Of a DNA stretch of 64,000 bases, positions 49,547 to 60,265 are shown piece by piece. Numbering within the stretch: position 1 is the stretch's first letter; each line of letters begins with the position of its first letter. The notes below the pieces were generated by a model. It was given only the letters and a program-made list of their open reading frames with translations. It was not told the DNA's origin and did no database searches. Both the position numbers and the translations under genes were made by a program. The stretch spans positions 1,953 to 65,952 of the forward strand of contig JAFEBU010000077.1 of assembly GCA_018242505.1 (NCBI GenBank), read 5' to 3'. The DNA comes from Pseudomonadota bacterium. Its GTDB lineage: Bacteria > Pseudomonadota > Alphaproteobacteria > Reyranellales > Reyranellaceae.

Positions 49547-50949
49547 CAGCCGTGGCCGGCCGAGGCCTCATCCGGCAAATCGACACCGCTCGCAGCAAGC
49601 GCCGCCTTGAGGTCGTCCTTCAGGCGATCGAGACCGGCTTCGTTGGCGCTTTCGCAGCGTGCGACGAGGACAGCCTGGGTGTTGGAGGCGCGCAGCAGCC
49701 ACCAGCCGTCCGGCGTATTCACCCGGACGCCGTCGATATCGTTCACTTTCGCACCAGCCTGCTTCAGCCGCGCCTTGACCTCGTCGACGATCTTGAACTT
49801 GCGCTCCTCGGCGCAATCGAAGCGAAGCTCCGGCGTATTGACGAGCTGCGGAAGCTTGTCGCGCATTTCGGCCAGGCTCTCACGCTCGTTGGCCACGATA
49901 TTCAGCAGGCGAAGGCTGCAATAGAGCGCATCATCGAAGCCGTAGAATGTGTCGGCAAAGAAAACGTGGCCGCTCATCTCTCCGGCAAGCGGCGCCTTGA
50001 GCTCGGCCATCTTGGTCTTGATCAGGGAATGGCCGGTCTTCCACATCAGCGGAGTGCCGCCGGCCCGCAGGATCTCGTCAAACAGGGCCTGGCTTGCCTT
50101 CACGTCGGCAATGATCGTGGCGCCCGGGCGGCTCTTCAGCACGTCGCGCGCCCAGAGGATCATGAGCTGGTCGCCCCACAGGATGCGGCCCTTGCCGTCG
50201 ATCGCACCGATGCGATCGCCGTCGCCGTCGAAGGCGATCCCGAGATCGCAGCCGCGCCGGCGCACCTCGGCCACGAGCTGCTCCAGGTTCTTCGGCACCG
50301 TCGGATCGGGATGATGGGAGGGGAAGGTGCCGTCCACCTGCTCGTTCAGCACGAAATGCTCGCCGGGCAGCTTGTCGACGACAGCGCGGATCGACACGCC
50401 CACTGCGCCATTGCCGGTGTCCCACGCGACCTTGAGCTTGCGGCCGGGCTTCACATCCTTCAGGAGCCGGGCGGCATAGTCGGACAACACGCTCTTCTGT
50501 TCGACCGAGCCGTTCCCCGTCTCGAAGTCGCCCTTGGCCGCCATCTCACCCAGCTTCTGGATGTCGGGACCGTAGAACGACTTCTTGCCCATCATCATCT
50601 TGAAGCCGTTGTAGTCGGGCGGATTGTGCGATCCGGTGATCTGGATTCCCCCATCGGTGTCGAGGTGCCAGACCGCGAAATAAAGCATGGGCGTGGCGGC
50701 CAGGCCGATATTCACCACTTTCACGCCGGACGAGATGAGCCCCTCGATGCAGGCCTGGGCGAGATCGGGCGAACTCAGGCGGCCGTCATATCCCAGCGCA
50801 ACCCGCTTGCCGCCCTTGCGCCGCACCATGGAGCCGAAGGTGCGGCCGATGGCGCGTGCGTCGGCCGCATGGAGCGTGGTTCCCACAACTCCCCGGATGT
50901 CGTACTCGCGCAGGATCGTCGAATCGAACTTGTGACCCGTCTGGCTCAT
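49546..50949 (-). CDS. Phosphomannomutase/phosphoglucomutase
   Basis: REYDIRG, TGSHNP, FDGDGDR and GEMSGH motifs. Confidence 0.95.
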   Translation of the reverse strand: MSQTGHKFDSTILREYDIRGVVGTTLHAADARAIGRTFGSMVRRKGGKRVALGYDGRLSSPDLAQACIEGLISSGVKVVNIGLAATPMLYFAVWHLDTDGGIQITGSHNPPDYNGFKMMMGKKSFYGPDIQKLGEMAAKGDFETGNGSVEQKSVLSDYAARLLKDVKPGRKLKVAWDTGNGAVGVSIRAVVDKLPGEHFVLNEQVDGTFPSHHPDPTVPKNLEQLVAEVRRRGCDLGIAFDGDGDRIGAIDGKGRILWGDQLMILWARDVLKSRPGATIIADVKASQALFDEILRAGGTPLMWKTGHSLIKTKMAELKAPLAGEMSGHVFFADTFYGFDDALYCSLRLLNIVANERESLAEMRDKLPQLVNTPELRFDCAEERKFKIVDEVKARLKQAGAKVNDIDGVRVNTPDGWWLLRASNTQAVLVARCESANEAGLDRLKDDLKAALAASGVDLPDEASAGHG

Positions 50950-50974
50950 CGAAAAGGCTCCGCAAAAGTTTGGT

Positions 50975-52291
50975 CTAGGTGCGCGGCCGCGGCCGACCGA
51001 TCCCCTCGTAGGTGAAGCCGAGGCTGCGCATCTCCTCGGGATTGAAGATATTGCGCAGGTCGACGATGCGGGGCTGACGCATCGCCTCCTTAATACGCCG
51101 CGGATCAAGCCCGCGGAACTCGTGCCACTCCGTGATCACAACCAGGATATCGGCGTTGGCCACCGCCTCGTAGGCGGTTTTGACGAAAGTCACACCGGAC
51201 AGCAGCCGTCCGGCTTCAGTCATGCCCTCGGGATCGAAGGCCACGATCTTCGCTCCGGCCGCCTGGAGCGCCGGAACGATGTCGAGGGACGGTGCATCGC
51301 GCATGTCGTCGGTGTTGGGCTTGAAGGTAAGGCCCAATACGCCGATGGTGAGGCCGGCGATCGACCCGCCACAGAAATCGATCACCTTGCGCGCCATGCT
51401 TTTCTTGCGCGCATTGTTCACCTTGATCACCTGCTCGACGATCGTCTGGGGCGCTTCGGCCTCGCGCGCCGTGTAGGCCAGCGCCAGCGTATCCTTGGGA
51501 AAGCAGGAGCCGCCGAAGCCGGGGCCCGGATGCAGGAACTTGCGTCCGATACGGCCGTCGAGGCCGATCCCCCGCGCCACGTCGTGCACATCGGCGCCCA
51601 CCTTTTCACACAGGTCGGCGATCTCGTTGATGAACGTGATCTTGGTCGCAAGGAAGGCATTGCCGGCGTACTTCGTCACCTCGGCGGTCTCGATATTGGT
51701 GAAGACCATCGGCGTCTGGATCAGGTTGAGAGGCCGGTAGATCGCCGCCATCACCTCGCGGGCGCGCTGGCTTTCGACGCCGATCACCACCCGGTCCGGC
51801 TTCATGAAATCCTCGATCGCCGCACCCTCGCGCAGGAACTCCGGATTGGACGCCACGTCGAACTCGGCCGTGGGCCTGGCCTCGCGAATGATCCGCTCCA
51901 CCTCGCGGCCGGTTCCGACCGGCACCGTCGACTTGGTGACGATCACGGTGTAGTGCGCGATCGCATCGGCAATTTCCGCTGCCGCGGCATAGACATAGCT
52001 CAGGTCGGCATGTCCGTCGCCACGGCGGGTCGGCGTGCCGACGGCGATGAAGACGGCGTCCGCATTGGCCACGGCATCGGCCAGGCTGGTGCCGAATTCG
52101 AGGCGGCCGGCCCGCTTGTTGTCGGCGACCAAACGGTCGAGGCCAGGCTCGTATATGGGGATTTCACCGCGGCGCAGGCGGGCGACCTTCTCCGCGTCCT
52201 TGTCGATGCAGACGACGTCGTGACCGAATTGGGCGAAACACGCGCCTGAGACGAGGCCCACGTAGCCCGAACCGATCATCGCAATGCGCAT
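50975..52291 (-). CDS. ugd: UDP-glucose 6-dehydrogenase
   Basis: [25 protein letters not shown] and FKPNTDD motifs. Confidence 0.96.
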   Translation of the reverse strand: MRIAMIGSGYVGLVSGACFAQFGHDVVCIDKDAEKVARLRRGEIPIYEPGLDRLVADNKRAGRLEFGTSLADAVANADAVFIAVGTPTRRGDGHADLSYVYAAAAEIADAIAHYTVIVTKSTVPVGTGREVERIIREARPTAEFDVASNPEFLREGAAIEDFMKPDRVVIGVESQRAREVMAAIYRPLNLIQTPMVFTNIETAEVTKYAGNAFLATKITFINEIADLCEKVGADVHDVARGIGLDGRIGRKFLHPGPGFGGSCFPKDTLALAYTAREAEAPQTIVEQVIKVNNARKKSMARKVIDFCGGSIAGLTIGVLGLTFKPNTDDMRDAPSLDIVPALQAAGAKIVAFDPEGMTEAGRLLSGVTFVKTAYEAVANADILVVITEWHEFRGLDPRRIKEAMRQPRIVDLRNIFNPEEMRSLGFTYEGIGRPRPRT

Positions 52292-52295
52292 TCGA

Positions 52296-53171
52296 TCAGC
52301 CCTTCAGCAGCCGCTCAAGAAGCGCGCGCGTCTCGGCTGCGGTATCGGCACGGTCGAGCGCCACCGCGATATTGGCTTCCAGGAACCCCAGACGGTTTCC
52401 GCAGTCGTAACGTCCGCCGGTATAGCGCATGGCATGGAAAGGCTTGCCGCCGATCATCTTGGCCATGGCGTCGGTGAGCTGTATCTCGCCGCCGGCGCCG
52501 GTTTCGTGCTTGTCGAGATGGTCGAAGACTTCGGGCAGCACGACGCTTCGGCCGATCCAGGCCAACGTCGAAGGCGCCTCTTCCGGCTTGGGCTTCTCGA
52601 CGATGCCCGTCATTTCGGCGAGCCCGTCCTTCTCACCCCTGACCGCCACGATGCCGTAGCTTCGGGTTTGTTCCCTCGGCACGTCCATTACGGCGACGAC
52701 GTTGCCGCCCGTCTTCTCATGCGCGGCGACGAGCTGCGCCGTACAGGTCGGCGAGCTCACCATCAATTCGTCGGGCAGAAGGACAGCGAAGGGTTCATTG
52801 CCGATCCAGTGCCGGGCGCACCACACGGCATGACCGAGGCCAAGCGGCTTCTGCTGGCGCGTGAAGACGGCATTGCCGGGCTTGATCGTGGCGTTCTGGG
52901 TCTGCTTCAGCTCGGCGGCCTTGCGTCGCTGCTCGAGCGTCATCTCGAGCTCGTAGGCATGGTCGAAATGATCTTCCAGCGCGCCTTTGTTGCGACCCGT
53001 GACGAAGACGAACTCGTCGATGCCTGCCGCAAGGCATTCCTCGATCGCGTACTGGATCAAAGGACGATCGACGACCGTCAGCATCTCCTTCGGCATCGCC
53101 TTTGTGGCGGGCAGGAATCGCGTACCCAGTCCAGCGACCGGCAAGACAGCTTTACGGACGCGCTGCGCCAT
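52296..53171 (-). CDS. galU: UTP-glucose-1-phosphate uridylyltransferase
   Basis: PVAGLGTRFLPATKAMPKEML, PLGLGHAV and GEIQLTDA motifs. Confidence 0.96.
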   Translation of the reverse strand: MAQRVRKAVLPVAGLGTRFLPATKAMPKEMLTVVDRPLIQYAIEECLAAGIDEFVFVTGRNKGALEDHFDHAYELEMTLEQRRKAAELKQTQNATIKPGNAVFTRQQKPLGLGHAVWCARHWIGNEPFAVLLPDELMVSSPTCTAQLVAAHEKTGGNVVAVMDVPREQTRSYGIVAVRGEKDGLAEMTGIVEKPKPEEAPSTLAWIGRSVVLPEVFDHLDKHETGAGGEIQLTDAMAKMIGGKPFHAMRYTGGRYDCGNRLGFLEANIAVALDRADTAAETRALLERLLKG

Positions 53172-53288
53172 GCTTTGTCGACCTCGTTCGCAATTCATGT
53201 TTATCGAGCCGGATCAATGGCTTGTCCGGGCTGCCCTGGGAAGGGGCGCGGCGGTTGATGCCACAGCCGATCAAGGCCGGCAAGGTGC

Positions 53289-53996
53289 TTAGCCAAGCAG
53301 GACGTCCTTGGCGCGATTGATGCGGGCCGCCAGGTCGGCACTTCCACCCACATCCGGATGCACCCGCTGGATCAGGCGTCGATGGGCCGCCCGGACTTCT
53401 TCCGCCGTGACCCCTTCAGCAAGCCCGAGTACAGCCAGCGCTTCCTGCCGGCTCATATCGACCTTGGCCGATTTGGGGGGCGGCTGTTGCGCGTTACGCC
53501 AGCCCTCGCCGAGGCGCCGATCGAGATAGGCTTCCAGCACGCGCGCTGAATCCGCATCCGAAGCCGTCTCGATCTGCAATTCGAGGAGCTCGGCATCGGC
53601 GAGGCTTTCTAGCGTGCGGCCGGCAAAGCGTCCCGCCAGCACCGCGCCGCCGACATCGCCGGTCCCGTGATCGATCCAGGCGCGCAGGAAGGCAGTCCGG
53701 ACCTCGGTCCGTTGGCGACCGCTCCCCGGCGAACTGAACCCGCCGGATGAACGATGGCGCAGGAAGCGCGTAAGAAGCGCCGTTCCCACCAGGGTGGCAA
53801 GCCCCAGCAGTTCGGGCAGCACCTCCGGCAGGAAGCGGACCGAGAAGACGAGCAGCACGGCGACGACAATGCCGGCCAGCACGAAAGCCGTGCGCCGCAA
53901 CCCGTGCGACAGCGTCGAAGGCTTGGCGCGAAGGAACCAGCCGATCCCCAGCACCATGACCGCCAACACCCCCAGGGCGAGGAGGACGGCCGCCAT
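53289..53996 (-). CDS. Membrane-anchored protein with C-terminal DnaJ domain
   Basis: N-terminal TM segments; EALAVLGL...HRRLIQRVHPDVGGS..LAARINRAKD. Confidence 0.88.
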   Translation of the reverse strand: MAAVLLALGVLAVMVLGIGWFLRAKPSTLSHGLRRTAFVLAGIVVAVLLVFSVRFLPEVLPELLGLATLVGTALLTRFLRHRSSGGFSSPGSGRQRTEVRTAFLRAWIDHGTGDVGGAVLAGRFAGRTLESLADAELLELQIETASDADSARVLEAYLDRRLGEGWRNAQQPPPKSAKVDMSRQEALAVLGLAEGVTAEEVRAAHRRLIQRVHPDVGGSADLAARINRAKDVLLG

Positions 53997-53999
53997 GGC

Positions 54000-55013
54000 T
54001 CACGGCTTGGGTCGCGCCGGTGGAGAGGCCTGCTCCTGCCGCTCGCGCTGGATCTCCTTCCAACGCTCGACGTTGCGATTGTGCTCGGCGACCGTGCGCG
54101 AGAAGACATGGCCGCCCTGCCCGTCGGCGACGAAGTAAAGCGACCGGTCGTGTGCGGGATTGGTCGCAGCCAGGATGGAGGCGCGTCCAGGATTGCAGAT
54201 CGGACCGGGCGGAAGACCCGTCACGACGTAGGTGTTGTAGGGCGAGTGCGACTGCAGATCCGCCTTGGTGAGCTCGCGGTTGAACGAGCCTTTGCCGCCG
54301 GTAAGGCCGTAGATCGTCGTCGGATCGCTCTCCAGCTTCATCTTGAGCCGCAGGCGGTTGAGGAACACGGCGGCGACCCGGCTGCGCTCCGCCGGGATGG
54401 CGGTTTCCTTCTCCACCATCGAGGCGAGGATCAACGCTTCACGCCGATTGGCCAGCGGCAACCCCGGCGTGCGTTTGCGCCACGCCTCGTCGAGCGTCTT
54501 TTCCATCGCCTCCTTCATGCGCAGCAGAAGGCCGTCGCGCGTATCGTCCCGCGAATAGAAATAAGTCTCGGGAAGGAGATCCCCCTCCTTCACGTCCACC
54601 GTGATGTCGCCCGTCAGCGCATCCGCCTTGCGCACGAGATCGAGGACCTCGGCGGTGGTCATACCCTCCGGAACCGTCAGACGGCGCTGCACCAGCTTGC
54701 CCGACTGCAGCAGCTCCACGAGCCCCTGCATGGAGGTATGCGCGGGCACTTCGTATTCGCCCGCCTTGATGGGCTTGGGATCGGGATCGATCATCAGCGC
54801 CACGCGAAACAGCAGCGGATGGGTGATCGCGCCTTCCTGATGAAGGACCTTCGCCATGGTGGCCGGCCCTGCACCGCGTGGAATGACGATCCGCTTCGTC
54901 GCATCGAGCGGGCCTTGGGCCACCAGGATCTCGTGGCCGAAGAACAACGCGCCCCCCATCACGGTCAGGAGCAGGGCGATGAAGAAAAGGACCCAGCGGA
55001 AAAAGCTGAGCAT
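54000..55013 (-). CDS. mltG: Endolytic transglycosylase MltG
   Basis: LASMVEKET, NRL..KMKLESDPT, SPYNTY..GLPPGPI.NPG and YFVADG.GGH motifs. Confidence 0.95.
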   Translation of the reverse strand: MLSFFRWVLFFIALLLTVMGGALFFGHEILVAQGPLDATKRIVIPRGAGPATMAKVLHQEGAITHPLLFRVALMIDPDPKPIKAGEYEVPAHTSMQGLVELLQSGKLVQRRLTVPEGMTTAEVLDLVRKADALTGDITVDVKEGDLLPETYFYSRDDTRDGLLLRMKEAMEKTLDEAWRKRTPGLPLANRREALILASMVEKETAIPAERSRVAAVFLNRLRLKMKLESDPTTIYGLTGGKGSFNRELTKADLQSHSPYNTYVVTGLPPGPICNPGRASILAATNPAHDRSLYFVADGQGGHVFSRTVAEHNRNVERWKEIQRERQEQASPPARPKP

Positions 55014-55030
55014 GACTCAGCCTCCGATAA

Positions 55031-56290
55031 TCAGGCGGCGCCAACGATCAGGCAGGCATTGGTGCCGCCGAAGCCAAACGAGTTACTGAGCGCATAGCGG
55101 ACCTTGCGCTGCTTTGCCTGCTTGGGCACCAGATCGATATCGCAGCCCTCGTCAGGCTCGTCGAGATTGAGGGTCGGCGGCACCGTCTGGTCGATGATCG
55201 ACTTGATGGAGTAGATGGCCTCGATGGCGCCGGCTGCACCGAGAAGATGGCCCGTCGCCGACTTGGTCGACGACATCGAAAGCTTGTAGGCGTCGGCGCC
55301 AAACGTCTTCTTGACCGCACCGAGCTCGATCACGTCGGCCATGGTCGAAGTGCCGTGCGCATTCACGTAATCGATCTGGTCCGTGTTGAGGCGGGCGCGC
55401 TTCAGCGCCGCCTTGATGGCTCGCTGCGCACCGTCCCCGTCCTCCGACGGCGCCGTGATGTGATAGGCATCGCCCGACAGGCCGTAACCAAGGATCTCCG
55501 CATATATCTTGGCGCCGCGCTTCTTGGCGTGCTCGTACTCTTCAAGGATGACGCAGCCTGCGCCCTCGCCCATCACGAAGCCGTCCCGCCGCTTGTCCCA
55601 CGGCCGCGACGCCTGGGCCGGCAGGTCGTTGAAGTCGGTCGAGAGCGCCTTGCAGGCATTGAAGCCTGCGATGCCCAGGCGACAGATCGCCGCCTCCGCG
55701 CCGCCCGCCACCATCACGTCGGCATCCTCGTACTGGATCAATCGTGCGGCGTCGCCTATGGCATGGGCGCCTGTGGCGCAGGCCGTGACCACCGAGTGGT
55801 TGGGGCCACGGAAGCCGAACTCGATCGAGACCTGGCCCGATGCAAGATTGATCAGGGCCGAAGGAATGAAGAACGGACTGACGCGACGCGGTCCGCGCTC
55901 TTTCAGGATGATCGACGTCTCGTAGATCGTCTGCAGGCCACCGATCCCGCCCCCGATCATCACGCCGGTTCGGTTGCGCCCTTCATCGTCCTGCGGCTTC
56001 CAGCCCGAATCCTCGACGGCCTGCTTGGCGGCAGCCATGGCGAAGACGATGAAGCGATCGACCTTCCGCTGGTCCTTCGGCGCCATGTAGAGATCGGCAT
56101 TGAAATGGCCGTTGGCGGTATCGCCAATCGGAACCTCGCCCGCGATCTTGGTCGCAAGGTCCGACGTATCGAATGCCTGGATCGCACGAATGCCCGACTC
56201 GGCAGCCAGCAGGCGCCGCCAGTTGGTGTCGACGCCGTCACCCAACGGCGTCACCATCCCCATGCCGGTTACGACGACTCGCCTCGTCAT
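55031..56290 (-). CDS. fabF: 3-oxoacyl-ACP synthase II
   Basis: VTACATG, NAHGTST, KSATGHLLGAAG and NSFGFGG motifs. Confidence 0.96.
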   Translation of the reverse strand: MTRRVVVTGMGMVTPLGDGVDTNWRRLLAAESGIRAIQAFDTSDLATKIAGEVPIGDTANGHFNADLYMAPKDQRKVDRFIVFAMAAAKQAVEDSGWKPQDDEGRNRTGVMIGGGIGGLQTIYETSIILKERGPRRVSPFFIPSALINLASGQVSIEFGFRGPNHSVVTACATGAHAIGDAARLIQYEDADVMVAGGAEAAICRLGIAGFNACKALSTDFNDLPAQASRPWDKRRDGFVMGEGAGCVILEEYEHAKKRGAKIYAEILGYGLSGDAYHITAPSEDGDGAQRAIKAALKRARLNTDQIDYVNAHGTSTMADVIELGAVKKTFGADAYKLSMSSTKSATGHLLGAAGAIEAIYSIKSIIDQTVPPTLNLDEPDEGCDIDLVPKQAKQRKVRYALSNSFGFGGTNACLIVGAA

Positions 56291-56321
56291 TCGCCTTCCT
56301 TCCCGCAGGAACCGGCGCTGA

Positions 56322-56561
56322 TCAGGACTTGGCGTTGCTCTTGATGAAACCGACCGCGTCGCCGACGGTCTGGATCTTCTCGGCGGCGTCATCGGGAATC
56401 TCGATGCCGAATTCCTCTTCGAACGCCATCACCAACTCGACAGTGTCGAGGCTGTCGGCGCCGAGGTCGTCTATGAACTTGGCATCTTCCTTCACCTGGG
56501 CCGCCTCGACCCCGAGATGCTCCACGACGATCTTCTTAACGCGCTCGGCAATATCGCTCAT
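56322..56561 (-). CDS. acpP: Acyl carrier protein
   Basis: [20 protein letters not shown] motif. Confidence 0.98.
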   Translation of the reverse strand: MSDIAERVKKIVVEHLGVEAAQVKEDAKFIDDLGADSLDTVELVMAFEEEFGIEIPDDAAEKIQTVGDAVGFIKSNAKS

Positions 56562-56697
56562 TTTGTTGTCCTTCCCGTGTTCTTCAAAATTCCGGCTCAC
56601 CGAAGGGGACGGCGAATCCGGCTCTCCTAACATAGCTCCCCGGCCAAGGCTAGCGCCGGAAAGCCCACGAAATCAGGGGCTTGTGCCCCAGTCCCCC

Positions 56698-57435
56698 CTA
56701 GATCATCGCCATGCCGCCGTTGACATGCAGGGTCTGGCCCGTGACGTAGGCGGCCTCGTCGCTGGCCAGGAAGACCACGGCGGCCGCGATCTCTTCCGGC
56801 GTGCCGAGGCGGCCGGCCGGTACGCGACCGAGAATGGCCTTCTTCTGTTCGTCCGACAGCACATCGGTCATGGGCGTGGCGATGAAGCCCGGCGCCACGC
56901 AATTCACGGTGACGGCGCGCGAGGCCAGTTCCTGAGCCAGCGACTTCGACATGCCGATCAACCCGGCCTTGGCCGCGGCGTAGTTCGCCTGCCCGGCGTT
57001 GCCGGTGATTCCGACGACGGATGTCATGTTGATCACGCGGCCGGCGCGACGCTTCATCATTCCGCGCATCACCGCCCGCGTGAGCTTGAAAGTGCCGGTG
57101 AGATTGACCTGCAGCACCTTCTCCCACTCCTCGTCCTTCATCCGCATCGAGATGTTGTCGCGCGTGATGCCGGCATTGTTCACCAGGATGTCGATCTTGC
57201 CTGCAACAGCCTCGGCTTCCTTGGCGAGCCGCTCGATGTCGGCGGAATCATCCATTTTTGCCGCGATGGCATGCGCACGCCCGTCCAGCATTCCCCTGAG
57301 TTGTTCGAGGGCGTCGACGCGGGTTCCCGACAGCACCACCGTCGCGCCCTTGACATGAAGCGCACGGGCGATCGCCCCGCCGATGCCGCCCGACGCGCCG
57401 GTGATCAGCGCGACCTTGCCGCTGAGATCGAACAT
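56698..57435 (-). CDS. fabG: 3-oxoacyl-ACP reductase
   Basis: TGASGGIG, NNAGITRD, YAAAK and GQTLHVNGG motifs. Confidence 0.96.
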   Translation of the reverse strand: MFDLSGKVALITGASGGIGGAIARALHVKGATVVLSGTRVDALEQLRGMLDGRAHAIAAKMDDSADIERLAKEAEAVAGKIDILVNNAGITRDNISMRMKDEEWEKVLQVNLTGTFKLTRAVMRGMMKRRAGRVINMTSVVGITGNAGQANYAAAKAGLIGMSKSLAQELASRAVTVNCVAPGFIATPMTDVLSDEQKKAILGRVPAGRLGTPEEIAAAVVFLASDEAAYVTGQTLHVNGGMAMI

Positions 57436-57446
57436 GGCGGTACTCC

Positions 57447-58388
57447 TCACGCCTTTTTCAGGAAGGTTTCGATATCCGCCGGCGTGTTCAACGAAACGCC
57501 GGCCATCTCCTTGTCGATCCGCTTCACCAGCCCCGACAGGACCTTGCCCGAGCCGCATTCGACCACCGTGTCGACAGCGCCCGCGCGCATGTACAGCATG
57601 CTTTCGCGCCAGCGCACGAGCCCGGTCACCTGCTCGACCAGGCAGCGCTTGATCTCCCCGGGAGCGGTGATCTCCGACGCCAGGACATTGGCGACCAGCG
57701 GCACGCGCGGTGTCGCGAGCGCCACCTTGTCCAGTGCCTCCTCCATCACCTTGGCGGCGGGCTCCATCAGCGGACAATGGAAGGGCGCGCTCACCGGCAA
57801 GAGCATACCGCGCTTGCACCCTTTGGCTTTCGCCGCCTCGATCGTTCGCTCGACGGCCGGCTTGTGCCCACTGACGACGATCTGGCCGCCGCCATTGTCA
57901 TTGGCCACGGCGACGACCTCGCCCTGCGCCGCTTCCTTGCAGGCCTCTTGCGCCGCTTCGAGCTCGATGCCGAGCAGGGCCGCCATCGCGCCCTCGCCGA
58001 CCGGGACCGCCTTCTGCATGGCCTGGCCGCGCAGCTTCAGGAGTCGGGCGGCATCGGCAAGCTCGAGAGCGCCCGCTGCCGCAAGCGCCGAATATTCGCC
58101 CAGCGAATGGCCGGCGACATGGGATGCGAGTTCGGTCAAGGGCTTGCCGCCATCCCTCTCCAGGATCCGCACCACGGCCACGCTCACCGCCATCAAGGCA
58201 GGCTGGGCGTTTTCCGTCAGCACGAGGTCGGACTCCGGGCCTTCGCGCATCAGCTTGGACAGATTCTGCTTCAGGGCCTCGTCGACTTCCCCGAAGACAT
58301 CCCGGGCTGTGCCGAAGGCGTCGGCGAGATCGCCCCCCATACCGACGGCTTGGGATCCCTGTCCCGGAAACACGAAAGCACGACTCAT
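57447..58388 (-). CDS. fabD: Malonyl-CoA:ACP transacylase
   Basis: FPGQGSQ, GHSLGEY and VSAPFH motifs. Confidence 0.96.
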   Translation of the reverse strand: MSRAFVFPGQGSQAVGMGGDLADAFGTARDVFGEVDEALKQNLSKLMREGPESDLVLTENAQPALMAVSVAVVRILERDGGKPLTELASHVAGHSLGEYSALAAAGALELADAARLLKLRGQAMQKAVPVGEGAMAALLGIELEAAQEACKEAAQGEVVAVANDNGGGQIVVSGHKPAVERTIEAAKAKGCKRGMLLPVSAPFHCPLMEPAAKVMEEALDKVALATPRVPLVANVLASEITAPGEIKRCLVEQVTGLVRWRESMLYMRAGAVDTVVECGSGKVLSGLVKRIDKEMAGVSLNTPADIETFLKKA

Positions 58389-58584
58389 CAGGCTTTCCCC
58401 CTGTTTTGGCCTTGTCCTTGGCCCGAAGCGGCGTCCCTATACCCCACCCGCGCCGCGCCCGGAACGGCCTTGATTCCGGGCGATTTGCCTGTATAACCGC
58501 CGCTCTTCGGGGCCTAAATCGGCCCCGTCTCCTTGCCGACCCAGATCCTGGACAAATCCGTCCAAGCGAAGGGCCGGCTAGATT

Positions 58585-58658
58585 CGGGTGGTTGCCGGTC
58601 GAGTTCCCCATGGGGCCACGACGAACTCCGGGTCATTAACAGCCATAAGGAGCCTCGG
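58585..58658 (+). promoter_or_regulatory. Candidate S6:S18 autoregulatory leader
   Basis: Stem GAGTTC (58601) / GAACTC (58623) with an adjacent CCC tract upstream of the rpsF RBS AAGGAG; fits the position and CCR feature of the known element, but not model-verified. Confidence 0.35.
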
Positions 58659-59114
58659 TTGGCACTCTACGAAAACGTCTTCATTGCGCGCCAGGACGTT
58701 CCGGCGACGCAGGTGGAGGCTCTGACCACCCAGTTCGCGGACCTGATCGCGAGCCAAGGCGGCACGGTCTCCAAGAAGGAATATTGGGGTCTGCGCTCGC
58801 TCACCTTCCGGATCAAGAAGAACCGCAAGGGCCACTATACCCTGCTCAACATCGACGCCCCGCCGGCTGCGGTGAAGGAGCTGGAGCGGACGATGTCGAT
58901 CAACGAGGACATCCTCCGCTACCTGACCGTCCGCGTCGATGAACTGGAGGAAGGTCCGTCGGCTGTCATGCTGCGCGCCAGCGAGAAATCCGACCGGCCG
59001 TCCGGCGATCGTGGCGGCTGGGGTGATCGCCCACCGCGCCGTGAGCGGCCGCGCTTCGGCGAAGAGGCGCCGGCGGTGGCAGGAGCAGGAGCAGGAGCAG
59101 GAGAAGAAGAATGA
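58659..59114 (+). CDS. rpsF: 30S ribosomal protein S6 (TTG start)
   Basis: [31 protein letters not shown] motifs. Confidence 0.97.
   Translation: MALYENVFIARQDVPATQVEALTTQFADLIASQGGTVSKKEYWGLRSLTFRIKKNRKGHYTLLNIDAPPAAVKELERTMSINEDILRYLTVRVDELEEGPSAVMLRASEKSDRPSGDRGGWGDRPPRRERPRFGEEAPAVAGAGAGAGEEE
59079..59102 (+). repeat. (GCAGGA)x4 in the rpsF 3' end
   Basis: Four perfect units encoding AGAGAGAG. Confidence 0.9.
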
Positions 59115-59344
59115 GCGCCCAACGTCGCCCCTTCACCCGCCGACGCAAGAGCTGCCCGTTCTCGGGCGCCAATGCGCCAAAGATCGACTACAAGGACGTG
59201 CGGCTCCTGCAGCGCTTCATTTCCGAGCGCGGCAAGATCGTGCCGAGCCGCATCTCGGCGGTCTCGTCCAAGAAGCAGCGCGAGCTCGCGCAGGCGATCA
59301 AGCGCGCCCGCTTCCTGGCGCTCCTGCCCTACGTGATCTCCTGA
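59111..59344 (+). CDS. rpsR: 30S ribosomal protein S18
   Basis: RRKSCPF, IDYKDV and [14 protein letters not shown] motifs. Confidence 0.98.
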   Translation: MSAQRRPFTRRRKSCPFSGANAPKIDYKDVRLLQRFISERGKIVPSRISAVSSKKQRELAQAIKRARFLALLPYVIS

Positions 59345-59354
59345 GGAGCGCGCC

Positions 59355-59996
59355 ATGCCGATGAACGTCATCCTGCTCGAGCGCGTGCCCAAGCTCGGCC
59401 AGATGGGCGACGTTGTGAAGGTGAAGCCCGGCTTCGCCCGCAACTTCCTCCTGCCGCAGAAAAAGGCCTTGCGCGCCACCAAGGACAACATCGCCTACTT
59501 CGAATCGCAGCGTAAGGTGCTCGAGGCGCAGAACCTCGAACGCCGTTCCGAGGCCGAGGCCGTCGGGACCAAGATGAAGGACCTCAAGGTCACCCTGATC
59601 CGTCAGGCATCGGAGTCCCTGCAGCTCTACGGCTCGGTCACCTCGCGCGACATCGCCGACGCGGCCAATGCGGCGGGCGTGAAGATCGCCCGCGGCCAGA
59701 TAGAGCTCGACAAGCCGATCAAGGCGCTGGGCGCCCATCCGATCAAGGTTCATCTCCATCCGGAGGTGGATGTCGAGATCATGGTGCTGGTCGCCCGCTC
59801 GCCCGACGAGGCCGACTTCCTCGCCAAGGGCGGCACGCTGGTCGCCGAGACCGAGCGCGCCGCGCTCGAGGCGGCGGAAGAGGCGCAACGCGCAGCCGAG
59901 CAGGCTGCCGCGCTGTTCGAGGCCAAGCCTGCCGCCGAGGGCGATGCTGCCGAGGCACCGGCCGGCGACGCCGAAGCGGAGGCCGAAGAAAAATAG
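59355..59996 (+). CDS. rplI: 50S ribosomal protein L9
   Basis: VILLERV.KLG..GD.V.VKPGFARNFLLPQ and LYGSVT motifs. Confidence 0.98.
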   Translation: MPMNVILLERVPKLGQMGDVVKVKPGFARNFLLPQKKALRATKDNIAYFESQRKVLEAQNLERRSEAEAVGTKMKDLKVTLIRQASESLQLYGSVTSRDIADAANAAGVKIARGQIELDKPIKALGAHPIKVHLHPEVDVEIMVLVARSPDEADFLAKGGTLVAETERAALEAAEEAQRAAEQAAALFEAKPAAEGDAAEAPAGDAEAEAEEK

Positions 59997-60042
59997 GTCG
60001 AATGGAATAGGCCGAACCGGGCCCCGCGCCCGTCCTGCCAAC

Positions 60043-60086
60043 AAACGCCTGCCGTCGCACGCCCGCGACGGCAGGCGTTTTATTTT
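60043..60086 (+). terminator. Intrinsic terminator of rpsF-rpsR-rplI
   Basis: Perfect 16-bp stem AAACGCCTGCCGTCGC/GCGACGGCAGGCGTTT, 6-nt loop, then TATTTT. Confidence 0.9.
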
Positions 60087-60265
60087 GTGTTCCCCAACTC
60101 GCTCTATTGCCTATTTCCGACAGGGAAACCTGCCGGTCACACGAGTAATTTTCTTTCGACAGACCTTTGCATTAAAAATGCCTATGGGATTAACATTTGA
60201 GGCGACAACATGGCATTTCCCGGTGGAATTTGAATTTTCTGCCGGCTTGCGAGGGTGACCAGACG

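Noticed and set aside
60150-60210. CtrA box upstream of cfa
   Set aside because: The TTAA half-sites are 14 bp apart, not the 7 bp required.
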